A stretch of DNA of 63,999 bases, filler included. It is 14 parts of 14 records of this genome, joined end to end, with 100 filler letters (N's around TTAATTAATTAA, not from the genome) between each part and the next. Parts side by side here need not be neighbours in the genome. Positions count along the whole stretch, not along the records: positions 39,885 to 43,825 come from SRR9188676_2803; positions 43,926 to 47,093 come from SRR9188676_2804; positions 47,194 to 50,124 come from SRR9188676_2813; positions 50,225 to 55,553 come from SRR9188676_2814; 10 more parts are not named here. One strand, given 5' to 3'. This document shows, piece by piece, positions 43,001-55,410 of this stretch. Positions within the stretch are counted from its first letter, which is position 1. Every line of letters begins with the position of its first letter. The notes under the pieces are model-generated. The model did not search any database, was not told where the DNA came from, and saw nothing but the letters and a program-made list of their open reading frames with translations. Both the position numbers and the translations under genes were made by a program.

Positions 43001-44373
43001 CTGGGTAGTCAAGACGACGATATAGGCATTGAGATTGATAAGTTTCGAGTTCAACAATGATCGTATACCATATATATCGAGAAAGAGTAGAACTTCTGAC
43101 TTAACATAAATACTCTCTACGCTAACTCTGACTCTGCACCACCAGCAGCAACAACCAATCAGTCATCCACATCACATTCTATCTTGTTGCGTGATGGCCA
43201 GATCATTCTCATCCCACGAGAGCAGTCTCATCTGATGCTACAATAACATCTTCCATTTGATGCTCCCTCGCAAACTGCATTCTCCTTAAATTCCTTTTCC
43301 AATCGTAAGGAGAATTCAGGCTGGACCCTGTGCGGTTTGGATGGGTGTATGGATGCTGTATAAGTATGTGTGTGGGGGACGGTGCATGGGTATCTGTGTG
43401 TGTATGGGTATCGGTTGCTACACGTGTTCCGGTGTCTGGCTTGGATACGAAGTTTCATAGATGCTAAACCTTGGACTGAGGTATGTACACTATATACATA
43501 TATAAATAAATAAGCGAGGAGAGTCGAATAGCACTGGGGCAGCCTGATATCACTAGAACAGTTTGACACCTCGCAACCCTCCGTAATTTACAATTCAAGT
43601 GACCCCCATGACTTCTCTTCTGTCTGGCTTCTTAGTCCCAGAAATCCAATTAGTAGAAAATGAAATCGATGCGAATGCAAGTCAGCTCCTATACGAGATC
43701 CGAAAAAGCGAAAAATAACACGACACCCTCGATAAAAACAGGAAGCCATTCAATACACCGGCTCAATCGTTTTCCACAGGGAATAATAGCTACTTACTCA
43801 CGGGGTTGCAAGACTCAAGAAGTCTNNNNNNNNNNNNNNNNNNNNNNNNNNNNNNNNNNNNNNNNNNNNTTAATTAATTAANNNNNNNNNNNNNNNNNNN
43901 NNNNNNNNNNNNNNNNNNNNNNNNNCATCATCATCATCATCATCATCATCATTCAGTCATATATGGCATTCTATGCGATTGGACGTTCTCCCTGTTGTGG
44001 GCTCATTTTCGATAAAGTCGAATCCCGGCGACAGAGAATAAGTTGTTCAAGTTTAATGATTATTTCGATTTGCCCTGAATAATGGAGGCCCGGTATGCCA
44101 TCTTCTTATTAACCAATCAGCAAATTGGCCACGCTGTTTCTCATTCATAACATCGTCGGTCCGTCACAGTTTGGATCCACTCTTCCAAAACATGTTCCTG
44201 ATCCAAGAACCCGAATACCATATCAATATACATTCACATACATTCCCATCGCATTTCACCCATTCACCCACTGGAAGTGTACTCTGGAATATGCATCCTC
44301 TAAATCATTAAAATCTTTGATTATGGACTTATTACTGATGCATATGCGTGCAAAAAATCTGTATCTGTGACAG

Positions 44374-47093
44374 TTCCAAAGCATGTTCCTGATTCAAGAA
44401 CTCGAATACTACATCTGCGCGTGCCTGGAGGTGGTGCGGGCGAGGTTCGAGGATTCACCCAAATGGAGGGTACGTCGTTTGTCTGTTTTGTTCATGATGT
44501 TCTCAGCTTCTTTACTCTGATGATAGTATTGCGAATTGTAGATAGGATAGTCGTTCCTTCATTCTCTTAGGTGGAATATATAGATATATCATGTCGCTTT
44601 TACGATCAGTTTCTTCGACCCAGCAGGGTTTTTTTTTCTTTTTTTTCTTTTCTGCATTGCCACCATTTGCCTCCTTTTTTTGTTCCGTGCTCTGATCTTA
44701 TAAGTAGACTTTAGGACCATTATTCACGGGTCTGACTACGATTGTACCGTACAGATACCTGCCTTTCTGGACTGTAGTTTCCTCATTTACCTCCTGTGAT
44801 GCGTGTGCAGACGTGGACGGCCCATCATTCACACAACGTCCGACTACACTGTAACACAACTCCCTGGACTGATTTACCTCCCTTGTTGTGCTCTCCTATC
44901 TTGTGGTATAGACATTACGACCATTATTCACAGAAACATCGCATCTGATTGCGATGTTGGGGACCGAGTGTTTCAACACAACTCTCTGTCTTTATGGACT
45001 GTAGTTTTCTCATTCAGCTCATGTGATGTGTATGTGTGTCGACGTTACGACCGGGATTCACGTAAACATCTGACGGCGATGCTGGTGACTGAGTGTTCAA
45101 CAAAGCACTCTTGACTCATTTACCTCCCTTATGCTCTCTTCTCTTGTGGTGTAGACTTTACGACCGCTATTCACCGAAACATCTGACTACGATGTTGGTG
45201 ACCGAGTGTACAATGCCCTCTCCAAGACCATGGCCATCACCCTAAAGCGCGCAGCGGCCGCCTCCTCTGCCTCTGCCTCTGCCTCTGCCCCTCCCTCCAC
45301 CTCCTCTCAATTCTCTGGTGCACTCGGACCGGCCCCCCCTCACGCGCATATCGCGCTCACACTCACTCAGCCGCATACCTCCTCTCTCATTCCTATCGGC
45401 TCCTTCCCGGCATCATCAGTATCCCATCACTCCGCTGTGACATCCAGTACCAACCCTTCAGGTTCTTCTTACACATCTCTTCTGCCTCGACCGAATCCCA
45501 CGTCAACTATCATTACCTCATCATCATCATCAACAACAACAACACTCCCCACACCCATGTCCAACTCAACCCCAAGCACTACCACTCCATCAAATAACAC
45601 CGCCTCCTCATCAACATCATCATCAACAGCATCCATCCCTGCGTCTTCAGCATCGGAGAATCAGGCTACAGCGCTTGGCCTTGGACTCAGTGAAGTACTG
45701 ACAGAGGACGAACTGAGCGATACCGATGATGATGTTGATGATGATGTCATGGACGGTCAGCACAACAGCTCAGCTGCCAACGACCCCAATGAGGATGGCT
45801 CCGAGGGGGACATCACCACCCCCATCATCATCCCTGATAACGACCAGTCATATCAGGATAAAACAACGAACAAAGACGAAGGAGAGAAGGAAGTCGAAAT
45901 CGTGGAGAAAGAGAAAGATGCGAGCGCATCGAATGCCGGACTATCAAGCACATCCACATCCACACCTACACCTACAGCCGCATCATCCACACAAGAAAAC
46001 ACCATCCTCGGCACCACTAAATCCGGCCGAGTCAGAAAACCTAGCTGTAGAATCATTGGTGACTTCACCACAGACCTCACACTACCTGACTCCCGGTCCC
46101 GAAGAACCTCTGCAGGCACTGGCACAGCCGGTATCACATCTACCACATCTTCGGGCGCCCCTACGACACCAGGGGGCACTCCTACTCCCGCAAACCGCCC
46201 GAAAAAGCGCGCTCGAACCACCCATAACACTGCTATTCGTCACTCTGCAGTCTCTGAGCTTGCTGTGATCGGCGTTATGAAAATCTTGCTCAGGAGTTTA
46301 CTATCCCCTGATGCCAAACATACCTACTTGACTCAGAAAAGCGCGCTATGGGGCACCAATGCGCTACTCTATGCCACCGCAAATGGCCAAGAGGCAGTGG
46401 CGAAGTTTTTACTTGAGCAAATTTCCGCACACTCACCCTACCCGACCTCGGACGCACAACGCGCAACGTTCATCACCCAGCAGGGTAAAAATGGCTACAC
46501 TTGTCTGATCCATGCCGTGGAAAAGGGTCAAGCAGGCTTAGTGCAGCTCATCCTGGACCAGCTACCGTCCATGGAGGACAAGGCCGCTTTCATTTTGCTC
46601 GAGGCTGTGCTGGAAAGAGAGGAGAGACAGAAGCTGAGAGTGAGCGCGTTCACCCTCGCACAGCAGATGAAAAACACACGTATATCTGCACTCTTTGAGA
46701 ACATTCTCGCCGAGGCGGCACAGAGCTCGGGAACTGACGATTCGGATGTCGAAGATTCCAGCAATGAGGATGACGATCGGGATGAGGATGGGTCTGAGGA
46801 GGGAGACAGGGATCGGGAGACAGAAAACCTGCATCCAAAACAACCAGTGTTTGTGCCTAAAAAATCCACGAGGATAGCGCTCAAGAAAGCGCGAGCTCTG
46901 TCCAAGAATGACGGTGAGAGTTCTGAGGACATTCCGACCCCGAAGGCAAAGAAACAGAATAATAATAGTGCTGCTAATAAGAAGGACAAGGAAAAGGAAA
47001 AAGAAAAGGAGGACAAAAAGGAGAAGGAGGAGGGGAGGAGGAGAAGGAGGGCAGAGAGGGCCTTGAGAGAGAGGGAGAGGGAGAGGGAGAGGG
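44374..47093 (+). CDS. Ankyrin-repeat protein with S/T-rich and charged low-complexity regions, spliced, partial
   Basis: Phase-0 exons 44374-44469, 44571-44627 and 45155 to contig end. Ankyrin motifs GTNALLYATANGQEAVAKFLL and GYTCLIHAVEKGQAGLVQLIL. Confidence 0.75.
44704..45210 (+). repeat. Five degenerate tandem copies (about 100-130 bp) of an intron-3'-end/exon-start unit
   Basis: Core agac(t)ttacgacc..attcac..acatctgac starts near 44704, 44807, 44908, 45038 and 45151. Confidence 0.85.
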
Positions 47094-50000
47094 NNNNNNN
47101 NNNNNNNNNNNNNNNNNNNNNNNNNNNNNNNNNNNNNTTAATTAATTAANNNNNNNNNNNNNNNNNNNNNNNNNNNNNNNNNNNNNNNNNNNNCATTCCC
47201 TAAATAATTAACGAACCTCCGAGTAAAAATGCTTTTTTTTTTCCTGGACTGAAAAGTTTTCCAACTTATTTTGACATGATTTTCCAACTCTCACTTCCTC
47301 CCGTCCCTCTTCCTTATCTTCCTCGCTGTTGTCTGTTTGTCTGTCTGTCTCTCTCCTCTGCAGTACCAGGTGGTGTATGTGGCAGGGGTGTTGAAACCCG
47401 AGGACGTGGAATCAGCCAAAGTACTCCACCCTGTTCGCATACCCTAAACTCACATGACGCAACAACACATCCCCTTTTTTCCCACTCCTCAGGAACTTGA
47501 TACCAGAATACATCACGTCTAGTGCCGTCATCGCCAGCATCATCAGCAGCATCATCATCGTCATATCCATGTAGACCACGCGACAACATCATGAAGTCTT
47601 CACACCGAATACGTTATGCGTCGATGCAGGATTTCAAAGTGATATACATTCTGTGCGCGCATCCTCGTTCAGTGATTCTAGAACATGAGCTCAGATTGTC
47701 GTAATTTGAGATAGTTATTTACAGGTCTGATACCCTTGACAGCTTTTGGTGCCAGATTGTTCTTGATTGTTGTTGGTAATTACATATAAGCGTATGTATT
47801 GTCCGTGGATCAATCATACTGATAGGACTGAATCTTTGCTCAACTATTTGGGGGTATTTGGGACGAGACACCCTAAACTTTGATGTCATTTCCATAATGA
47901 TTCTCAATGAAGCATCTGTATGAGAAAAAACAGTATGATGAGCATGGGTTGAACATCGAATCATTTTCAGAGACATTCACGACACGACAACGTACCCGCA
48001 CATCACTATGTCATTTCACCTGACCACGCTACGACCCCAATTTGTAAAATTGCATATTTGCCTGCCGTTGCCAGCTGTTGCCTTCACCTCGCTTTCTAAC
48101 TTTCTGAACCCTGGTGGTAGCGATTCACCTTATTTGTTCTGATGGTTGCAAATCCACCTATCACTCTATCGAAAGATTCGAACGCTCGAAAGATTCCATC
48201 GATCGATATCCTTCAGCAGTGTTCGCCCAAATTTGATCCTTGTTTTCGATTGTAATTTAGATTGTGGAATTCTCTTGTTGGAGGTCATTTTTCGAAATAA
48301 AAGTCATCTTTATATAGTAAAGCCATAATGTGGATTGTGTGGATAAGATATTCAGAACAACATCAATGTCATATACATAATGTGCATAATGTTGTAATGC
48401 TCTCCAACTGTCAATGCATCTCGGCCTTTTCACCATTCCACCTGGCCCGCAATCTCTGTCAATCACCACCTGTTGTCTGCCAAGTGCTGTATGATTCTGA
48501 ATAGTTACCTTTGGCGTCCGCAGCGCTCGATTTGAACCGGGCCGGTAACAACGCTGGCGCCGTTGATAGAGGAGGACAGAGGGGGGGTTAAAGAAATGTC
48601 ACCGACAACGTTACAACTTTTTTGCTCACGTGACGACGTTCACATCTTGTATCTTTCTCTCACAAAACGAGGACACAACGTCCACAGTTAAATATTTTAT
48701 TTGCTGATTGGGAATCAGGAAGGAAACGAAGATTTATCCCAAGTCCAAAGGGACAAACAAAATCAAGAGTGAGGGGGCGATAAACGTAGATGTACTGCAG
48801 TTTCTATACGCTGCCTGACTCTCTTCAGTTGCTGAATAACATCAAGATGAAAATGAAAGCGCTCAACAATAATTCGAGAGGAGATACAACATCAGGAGGT
48901 ATCAGCGTCATCAGGAGGTGTCATCAAGAAGAATAGAGTATGAAATGTTGAGTCGCTCCCTGAGCGACGGTGAGGACATCACACAAAAATCGTAAAATCC
49001 GAGGGGACGAGGAAGTAAATTGCCTCCCCCAAACTGAACCAACTCTGCTCTGAATTCCTCCGATGTTGGTGTGTTAACTAACGCCTGAGTTCTCAGCCCA
49101 GGCATCGCCGCATGGTCAGAACATCGGCGGAAGAGAAAAAAAGGAAAGATGAAGAATCGATGAGAGTGATGCTCAGTGGCAGCGGTTCTGTGGAATTATG
49201 AAGTTACGAAGCGCCGGGCAGGCACTCGTGGATCTGCAGGCGCTTGTCATCGGACACGGATGCAATGCGAGTACCATCGGGATTGAAGCACACGCCCCAC
49301 ACCTGCCATGGAAACAGAAAGTTAAGGGAGCGTAGGGTCCGGGAGGAAGGTAGGGTAGGGTAGGTAATGGTAGGGAGAGCAAAAAGATGACGTCAGGTAC
49401 ACATCCCAATGCGAATAACAAAGGAACGCTTTGCTCGGAGGCTTACTGGAAGTTACTTGTTTCTACAGTTTGTAGGACAAGGTGAAAAATGGAGGTCATA
49501 TCAGGGATGAAATCATTCAGAACATCCGAGTATGAAATGTCGATAAAACGTTGTTGGAAGACGAATATATCATTATAGATGCACGAAAGTGAAGGAATCG
49601 GGAAAAGACCCGATCGTTTTTGGAGAAGGGGGGTCCGTTCCTACCCATGATTCGGGACGGAACATATTTACGACAGGAAGAGGTTGTTTGCATTTTTCCA
49701 CCGTGAGGTTTAGAAAAATCAGAAAATGACTGGCGCTCTTGCTCATTCCACTCGGACGCGAGATATTCTAAGGTGAGTTCAATTCAGACTTCGACGACGT
49801 TGGGTTGGTAGAAATGGCTGTCTGTGATTTCCGTAGCAGGGAATTCGGACAAAGAGGAAAACGAAAGTTATCTTTCAGAACGAACTCCCATTCAGATAAA
49901 TAAGCTCATCACTAGTGTTAGATCAAAAGACTCCCCTTCTGCAAAACGTTCCGGTCCTTTCCCGATTATTTTCAGTGTGCCGAACTCAATGAATTGATCG

Positions 50001-50488
50001 GAACCTGGACATAATGCTGTGCTTTTCTTTCTTTGGTCATATTTGCAAAAAACATGTACATGACACAAATTACAAACATCTCAGACTCACACTCGTCACA
50101 ACCCCCCCCCCCCCCCCCCCCCCCNNNNNNNNNNNNNNNNNNNNNNNNNNNNNNNNNNNNNNNNNNNNTTAATTAATTAANNNNNNNNNNNNNNNNNNNN
50201 NNNNNNNNNNNNNNNNNNNNNNNNATACAGGTAATGTATCACACTACGATACATGTCATACACGCATATACCGTTTCTGCAGGGTATGATGTTGTATACT
50301 ATTACGGTAGAACTCCCAACAGAAAAATTAGTGCAATAGACACTGTCGTAAACTTACCGATTGCGTGTGGTCTGTTACGCCCCGGTCGTTACCTACACTC
50401 TACTCGTGTAGTGTACAACAACACGTACAGGCATTTCCGAAACCGTATACTACATGACAGTACATATTAGTATAACACTGTAACGTAT

Positions 50489-53400
50489 ACGCCTTTCCGG
50501 GGTTATACCTAATCGGTACGGTACTAGTAATACTACGATTACCAGCACAGTAGACGTAACATGCATACGCGTAATGCATGAGGTACAAATACAACGGCAT
50601 AAGAGCTTCTGAATACATACCACGTGTTGTATGCTTGTCTGTATTTGTGTATAGATACAACTGTTATGTACTAGTATACGCCCCGGAAAGGTGTAAACAC
50701 ATCCACTGTATACCTAACGGTATGTTACGTATTACATAACAGTATATGCACGTTGCGTACTAGTAGAACACGGGATAAGAATCATAGCAGGTGTGTATAG
50801 TATTCTCAGTAGGATTGCTTTCTATTTTTGTGATTGTATGTATTTGCTACAATTACAACATGCACATTGGAAAGGTGTGTCTCCCGACAGAAGGTTAACC
50901 CATAAGGTGTACACCTTTCCGTGTATACGTATATAACACGCATTAAAAACAAAAACATACAAAAAAAGATAAAAATTATTGTATACCGTATACCCGCATG
51001 ACGCAGGGAAGTGGCGTGTTAATAACATGTGTTTATGCATATATGGATATTTAAATTATGTATCGTCTACGTATAGATAATCAATCCCAGTTAAGCCGTG
51101 TTGATAACAGTATATCCTTACGTAATAAATGTACCGGTATCGTTTTAATAGGTTGTTACAATTTTTAACAGTGTTGTATTGTTGTTATGTAGAACAACGC
51201 ACAACTATTTTTTATAGGAAAAACGTTATACGTTAGTGTAACTATAAGCTATACAGAGGTAGGACAATGCACAACACCTTTCCGGGAATAACGTTTGTAG
51301 CGTATAATTTATACACAAACAAACAGACCAGCAATAGTATAATACGTATACCGGTATGTACGCCTACGTATTTGTACGCAATGCGGAATACATGTATGCA
51401 TGTATAGATGTAATTGATAAAGATCCATGCGTTCTATATCTTCCCGAAGGAATACTACAAAGTGTGTATGTTAAACATACACAACCGATATGGTACACTA
51501 GTTATGTTACATACGTACGCGTGGGAGTGTATACTGTATGCATGTTACGCAGCATGTACTCCTCCCAGGTAAATGTTCTTCTACGAAATATCTGTTGTAT
51601 GTGTAGCAGTACCATCTCATAATACGGCCACACCTTTCCAGGGTGTAATGTTATGTATACTTAACCGTAACAATCACAAACAAAAAATGAAAAAGTAACT
51701 CCTACGTTACATGCGGTATTTACTGCCTCCTCCCGGGGTATGCATGTTCCTCATACTATATAGTACGGTAGGTGTGTATTAAGTGGGAGGTTATCTTGGT
51801 TTTTTGTTATTTTCCCGGGTAGCATTCATCTGCAGGAAAGGTGTACCTCCAGGGCGTAACGGGTTATACGCTTTACGTTACATAACCGTAACACATCACA
51901 TGTACCATGTACGGTTTTAAATTATGTCATGCACACAGCGAGTAACAGCATGTACATGCATTATTAATCGTAAACTACAATGTGCATCACGTGTACCGTG
52001 TACAATACATATGACCCCACATGATCGTGTTCTACATTTTTTGATTGTTGTGTGTACACTACATTCTATACTTTTACAGGAAAGGTGCATAACAAACGTA
52101 CGTTAACCGATTACTATGATCGTACCATACTAACATACGAAGTCATGTACAGTAATATAATACATACACCTTTCCTAGGTAGTATTATGTGTATAATAAC
52201 CTACAACAACTACGACAATAAACAACATGAAAATAATTATATCATGTACACGCCACGCGTATACGCACATACCGGTATACATCGTGCATAGTCTTGTGTC
52301 TTGTTTTTGTTTGTTGTCTTTAAGTGCATTAATACATATCATTGGAAAGGTGTACACGTATTAATCGTATAATGTGTACTTCAAATAGTATTACGACGTA
52401 TACACTGTAAACGTCCACTGTATATCTTATATTAAGTTGCGTTCCGGGGATAACCCTCAGGTATGCGTAATCGTGGTGCGACACACACGGTCTACGTAAT
52501 ATATGGCTTCGTTACTAGTCTCACATATTTTTGTTACTACATAAATTATAAAATACAACAACAACCATCACTGCCGGGGTAATGACTACGCCTTAATATA
52601 TTACTCGCAGTACAGGGGTTATTTCGGGCACGTGTATTTGTACTACGCGGTACATTATACATATACGTATGTAATACACCTTTCCATGTATGTACATAAG
52701 TAACATTGAACACATCAAATCTGAACCTAAAAACAAAAATATGTAGACATTACTGGGAGGAGGATGCAAACCGATAACCTACCATGAAAAACAGCTTGTA
52801 TAAATGGTACGCTATACGGTTTACATGTTATCTCCTCCTGGGTTATCACGTATACACACGTATACTAATAGTTCGGGCACGTGCACTACGTTATCGTGGT
52901 AAATGTATGTTGGTACATACCACCCCGTGTGTACAATAATGCCACGGGACAGCATAGTATGTTCTACGGTAATATGTGTGTCTCGTAAGTCATGCACCTG
53001 GGGGTCACACCTTTCCAACAAGTGCATTCAAATACGTAATTACCTATCGGAATTAATAAGTAGTAATCCTACCGATATGTACTAGGGGGCGTACACTTTG
53101 TTGTACATATTTAATATGTGTGTCACATACCCGGTAAACATACCTTTGCGGGTAATCTACGTGTTGTATAGTTATCGGCGTCTTTTTAGACAACATGACA
53201 TACGGGATACAACTTATTCCGGAAATGCACGCGATTCGTGGTATACTAGACGGATATGATGTACTATATCCGTGCGTATAGTATGTAATGTACATCACCA
53301 GGAAAGGTAATGACATATCATAAGATTTTGTAATAGCGTAAACCAGTATAGTGGTAACTAACCCTCTCGATATGTGCGTAACGAACGTATAGTTTTACGA

Positions 53401-55031
53401 TGTGTATATATACGCGTAATATACCCGCGTAGGTATACTACTTTTATACAGGGTTGTACCCCAGCAATGGGATGTATGTATTAATAGTAAACGTAAGTTG
53501 TACCATATGAACCTACACCTTTCCTGTTGTGACTTACGACGTAATATCGTGTAAACACAACAAAAAAAAAGCACATATATATTACAGGATGTTTATCCAA
53601 ATCACACCGTGTTTTTCACGAATACTACTCGTGACGTATGTCTACCGTGTATCGTTTTTTTTAAGTAGTAAACCTTCGCGAGCATAAGATAGTTACACAA
53701 CTCTATATAACATGTATACATCACCACGCCTTTCCTAGGTAGACGTAACGCACATTACACGCACACACAAATCACAAAAAAATAAAGAAATTACATGTAA
53801 ACGCCGTCGTGTATATTTGGTTGTATTACATACCCGAGAACCGATGTGTGTTTGCGTGGACTATGTACTATAGCGGATTAACTGTCACACCTACATGTAT
53901 TTACTATTGTTTAATGTGGATTTAATACACATACGCAGGTCCTACATATATCAGGAAAGGTGTATGATGCATGTAGTACATTACATGGCATGTAAAATAT
54001 AGTAACTACATGTACATATGTATATGGTGATCAGTTACCGCTCACCACCAGGGGTGTGGTGTATACATGTATGTGATATAAACATATTACGTGTTGCTTG
54101 CAACAAATAAGTTTACAGTATTGTATACAGTATACGGTGGATGTTATTAATTGTATACGTACGTTGTGGCTATGTTGGTGTCCGTAATTTAAAGGGTATA
54201 CTTTTACAGAACACACTAGAACAAAATGTGGCATACGTTACAATCGCATGGAAGGAACACCTTTCCGTAAATGCATACCGGGACATATAATACAAACGGG
54301 AACACAAATCATTTCAAATGTCTGTCAACCGTGCATATGTGAATCCCGGTCATTGTGTGTTTACTTAAAACCCGTACACGTAATACATTTCCGACATGGT
54401 GTCAACATAGACTCATTACACGACAGTTGTACACTGCATCTACTATGAGGGTAGCACTTATAAAAATCACCTTTCAGTAGTTCTAATATACAACGTGCAC
54501 TTATGTACGTGACACCTTTCCGGAATATGCACATGTAACAACACATTATTCTGCTAACGCATAAAAATATAATAGAAGTATGTACCGTTAATTAACATTG
54601 CACGCACATTGCGTAACATACGTACACCTTTCCTAAAGAGAGACACTGCTTAGGTAAACACATCAACAAAACACATACCGTACGTAGTATTACATAGTAT
54701 GTTATGCGTACTGTCTTTGCAGGTACAAGGTATACACATTGCGTGTAAGCGACTGTACCTGTACATCCGGGCGTGTGTCGAACATATGTATGCTGTATAC
54801 ATGCAACACACCTTTCCTAATAAAAGTGTAAGTACGTTACATATACATGCAACAATAAACTAACATGAAATTAGTCTTGAGACATACGTTGATATACAAA
54901 TAGGGCGTACCGCATCGGGTGTAATCCATCTTTTACAATTTGTTGTCACTCACGTAGTAACGTAGTCTATACCCGTGGTACAGGAAAGGTGTACTATGCA
55001 CATATATGTATACAACAGTACACACCTTTCC
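50489..55031. repeat. Dispersed bidirectional decamer array ACACCTTTCC/GGAAAGGTGT (about 23 copies) with unique spacers
   Basis: Exact on +: 50911, 51274, 51630, 52166, 52676, 53007, 53515, 54257, 54512, 54624, 54808, 55022. Exact on -: 50685, 50869, 51835, 52344, 53954, 54983. Variants: 50489, 52079, 53301, 53726, 54467. Confidence 0.97.
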
Positions 55032-55410
55032 AATGTGCCTGGTATCTTACAATAAACGAACTACAATCCATAAATCAAACAAGCCTACACGATACACACT
55101 TAGCATACATGACGTAATATTAGTGTACACGACATTGTAAAGTTTTTATTACATGTACTTGTAGTTACGTTACTGTATAATGTACGCAATGACTGAAATC
55201 ACTTTCCACCGCGTATATGTTGTCGGTATATACAATTACACCTACAAAAAGTATAGCTGCATGTACGTACATATATAAGTACATACCCCGTGTCCTGCGT
55301 ATGCGTATAGTAACATTCATCACACGCAATACTAATCCGGGACATGCATACATTCGGAGAGGTTAATAGTACGTGATGTTTTCCATCAGAAAAAAGGAGA
55401 GTAGGTTTCT

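Noticed and set aside
43926-43952. (CAT)n, (GA)n and poly-C/poly-T at contig ends
   Set aside because: Ordinary microsatellites marking assembly breaks.
47194-50124. Possible minus-strand exons
   Set aside because: No recognisable domain or confident gene model.
50489-55031. CRISPR array interpretation of the decamer repeats
   Set aside because: The repeat is only 10 bp, occurs in both orientations with irregular 40-360 bp spacing, and no cas genes are present.
50234-55353. Short ORFs (60-88 aa) in the cassette contig
   Set aside because: Y/V/C/T/H/I-rich translations reflect the alternating-nucleotide composition, with no domains or consistent strand.
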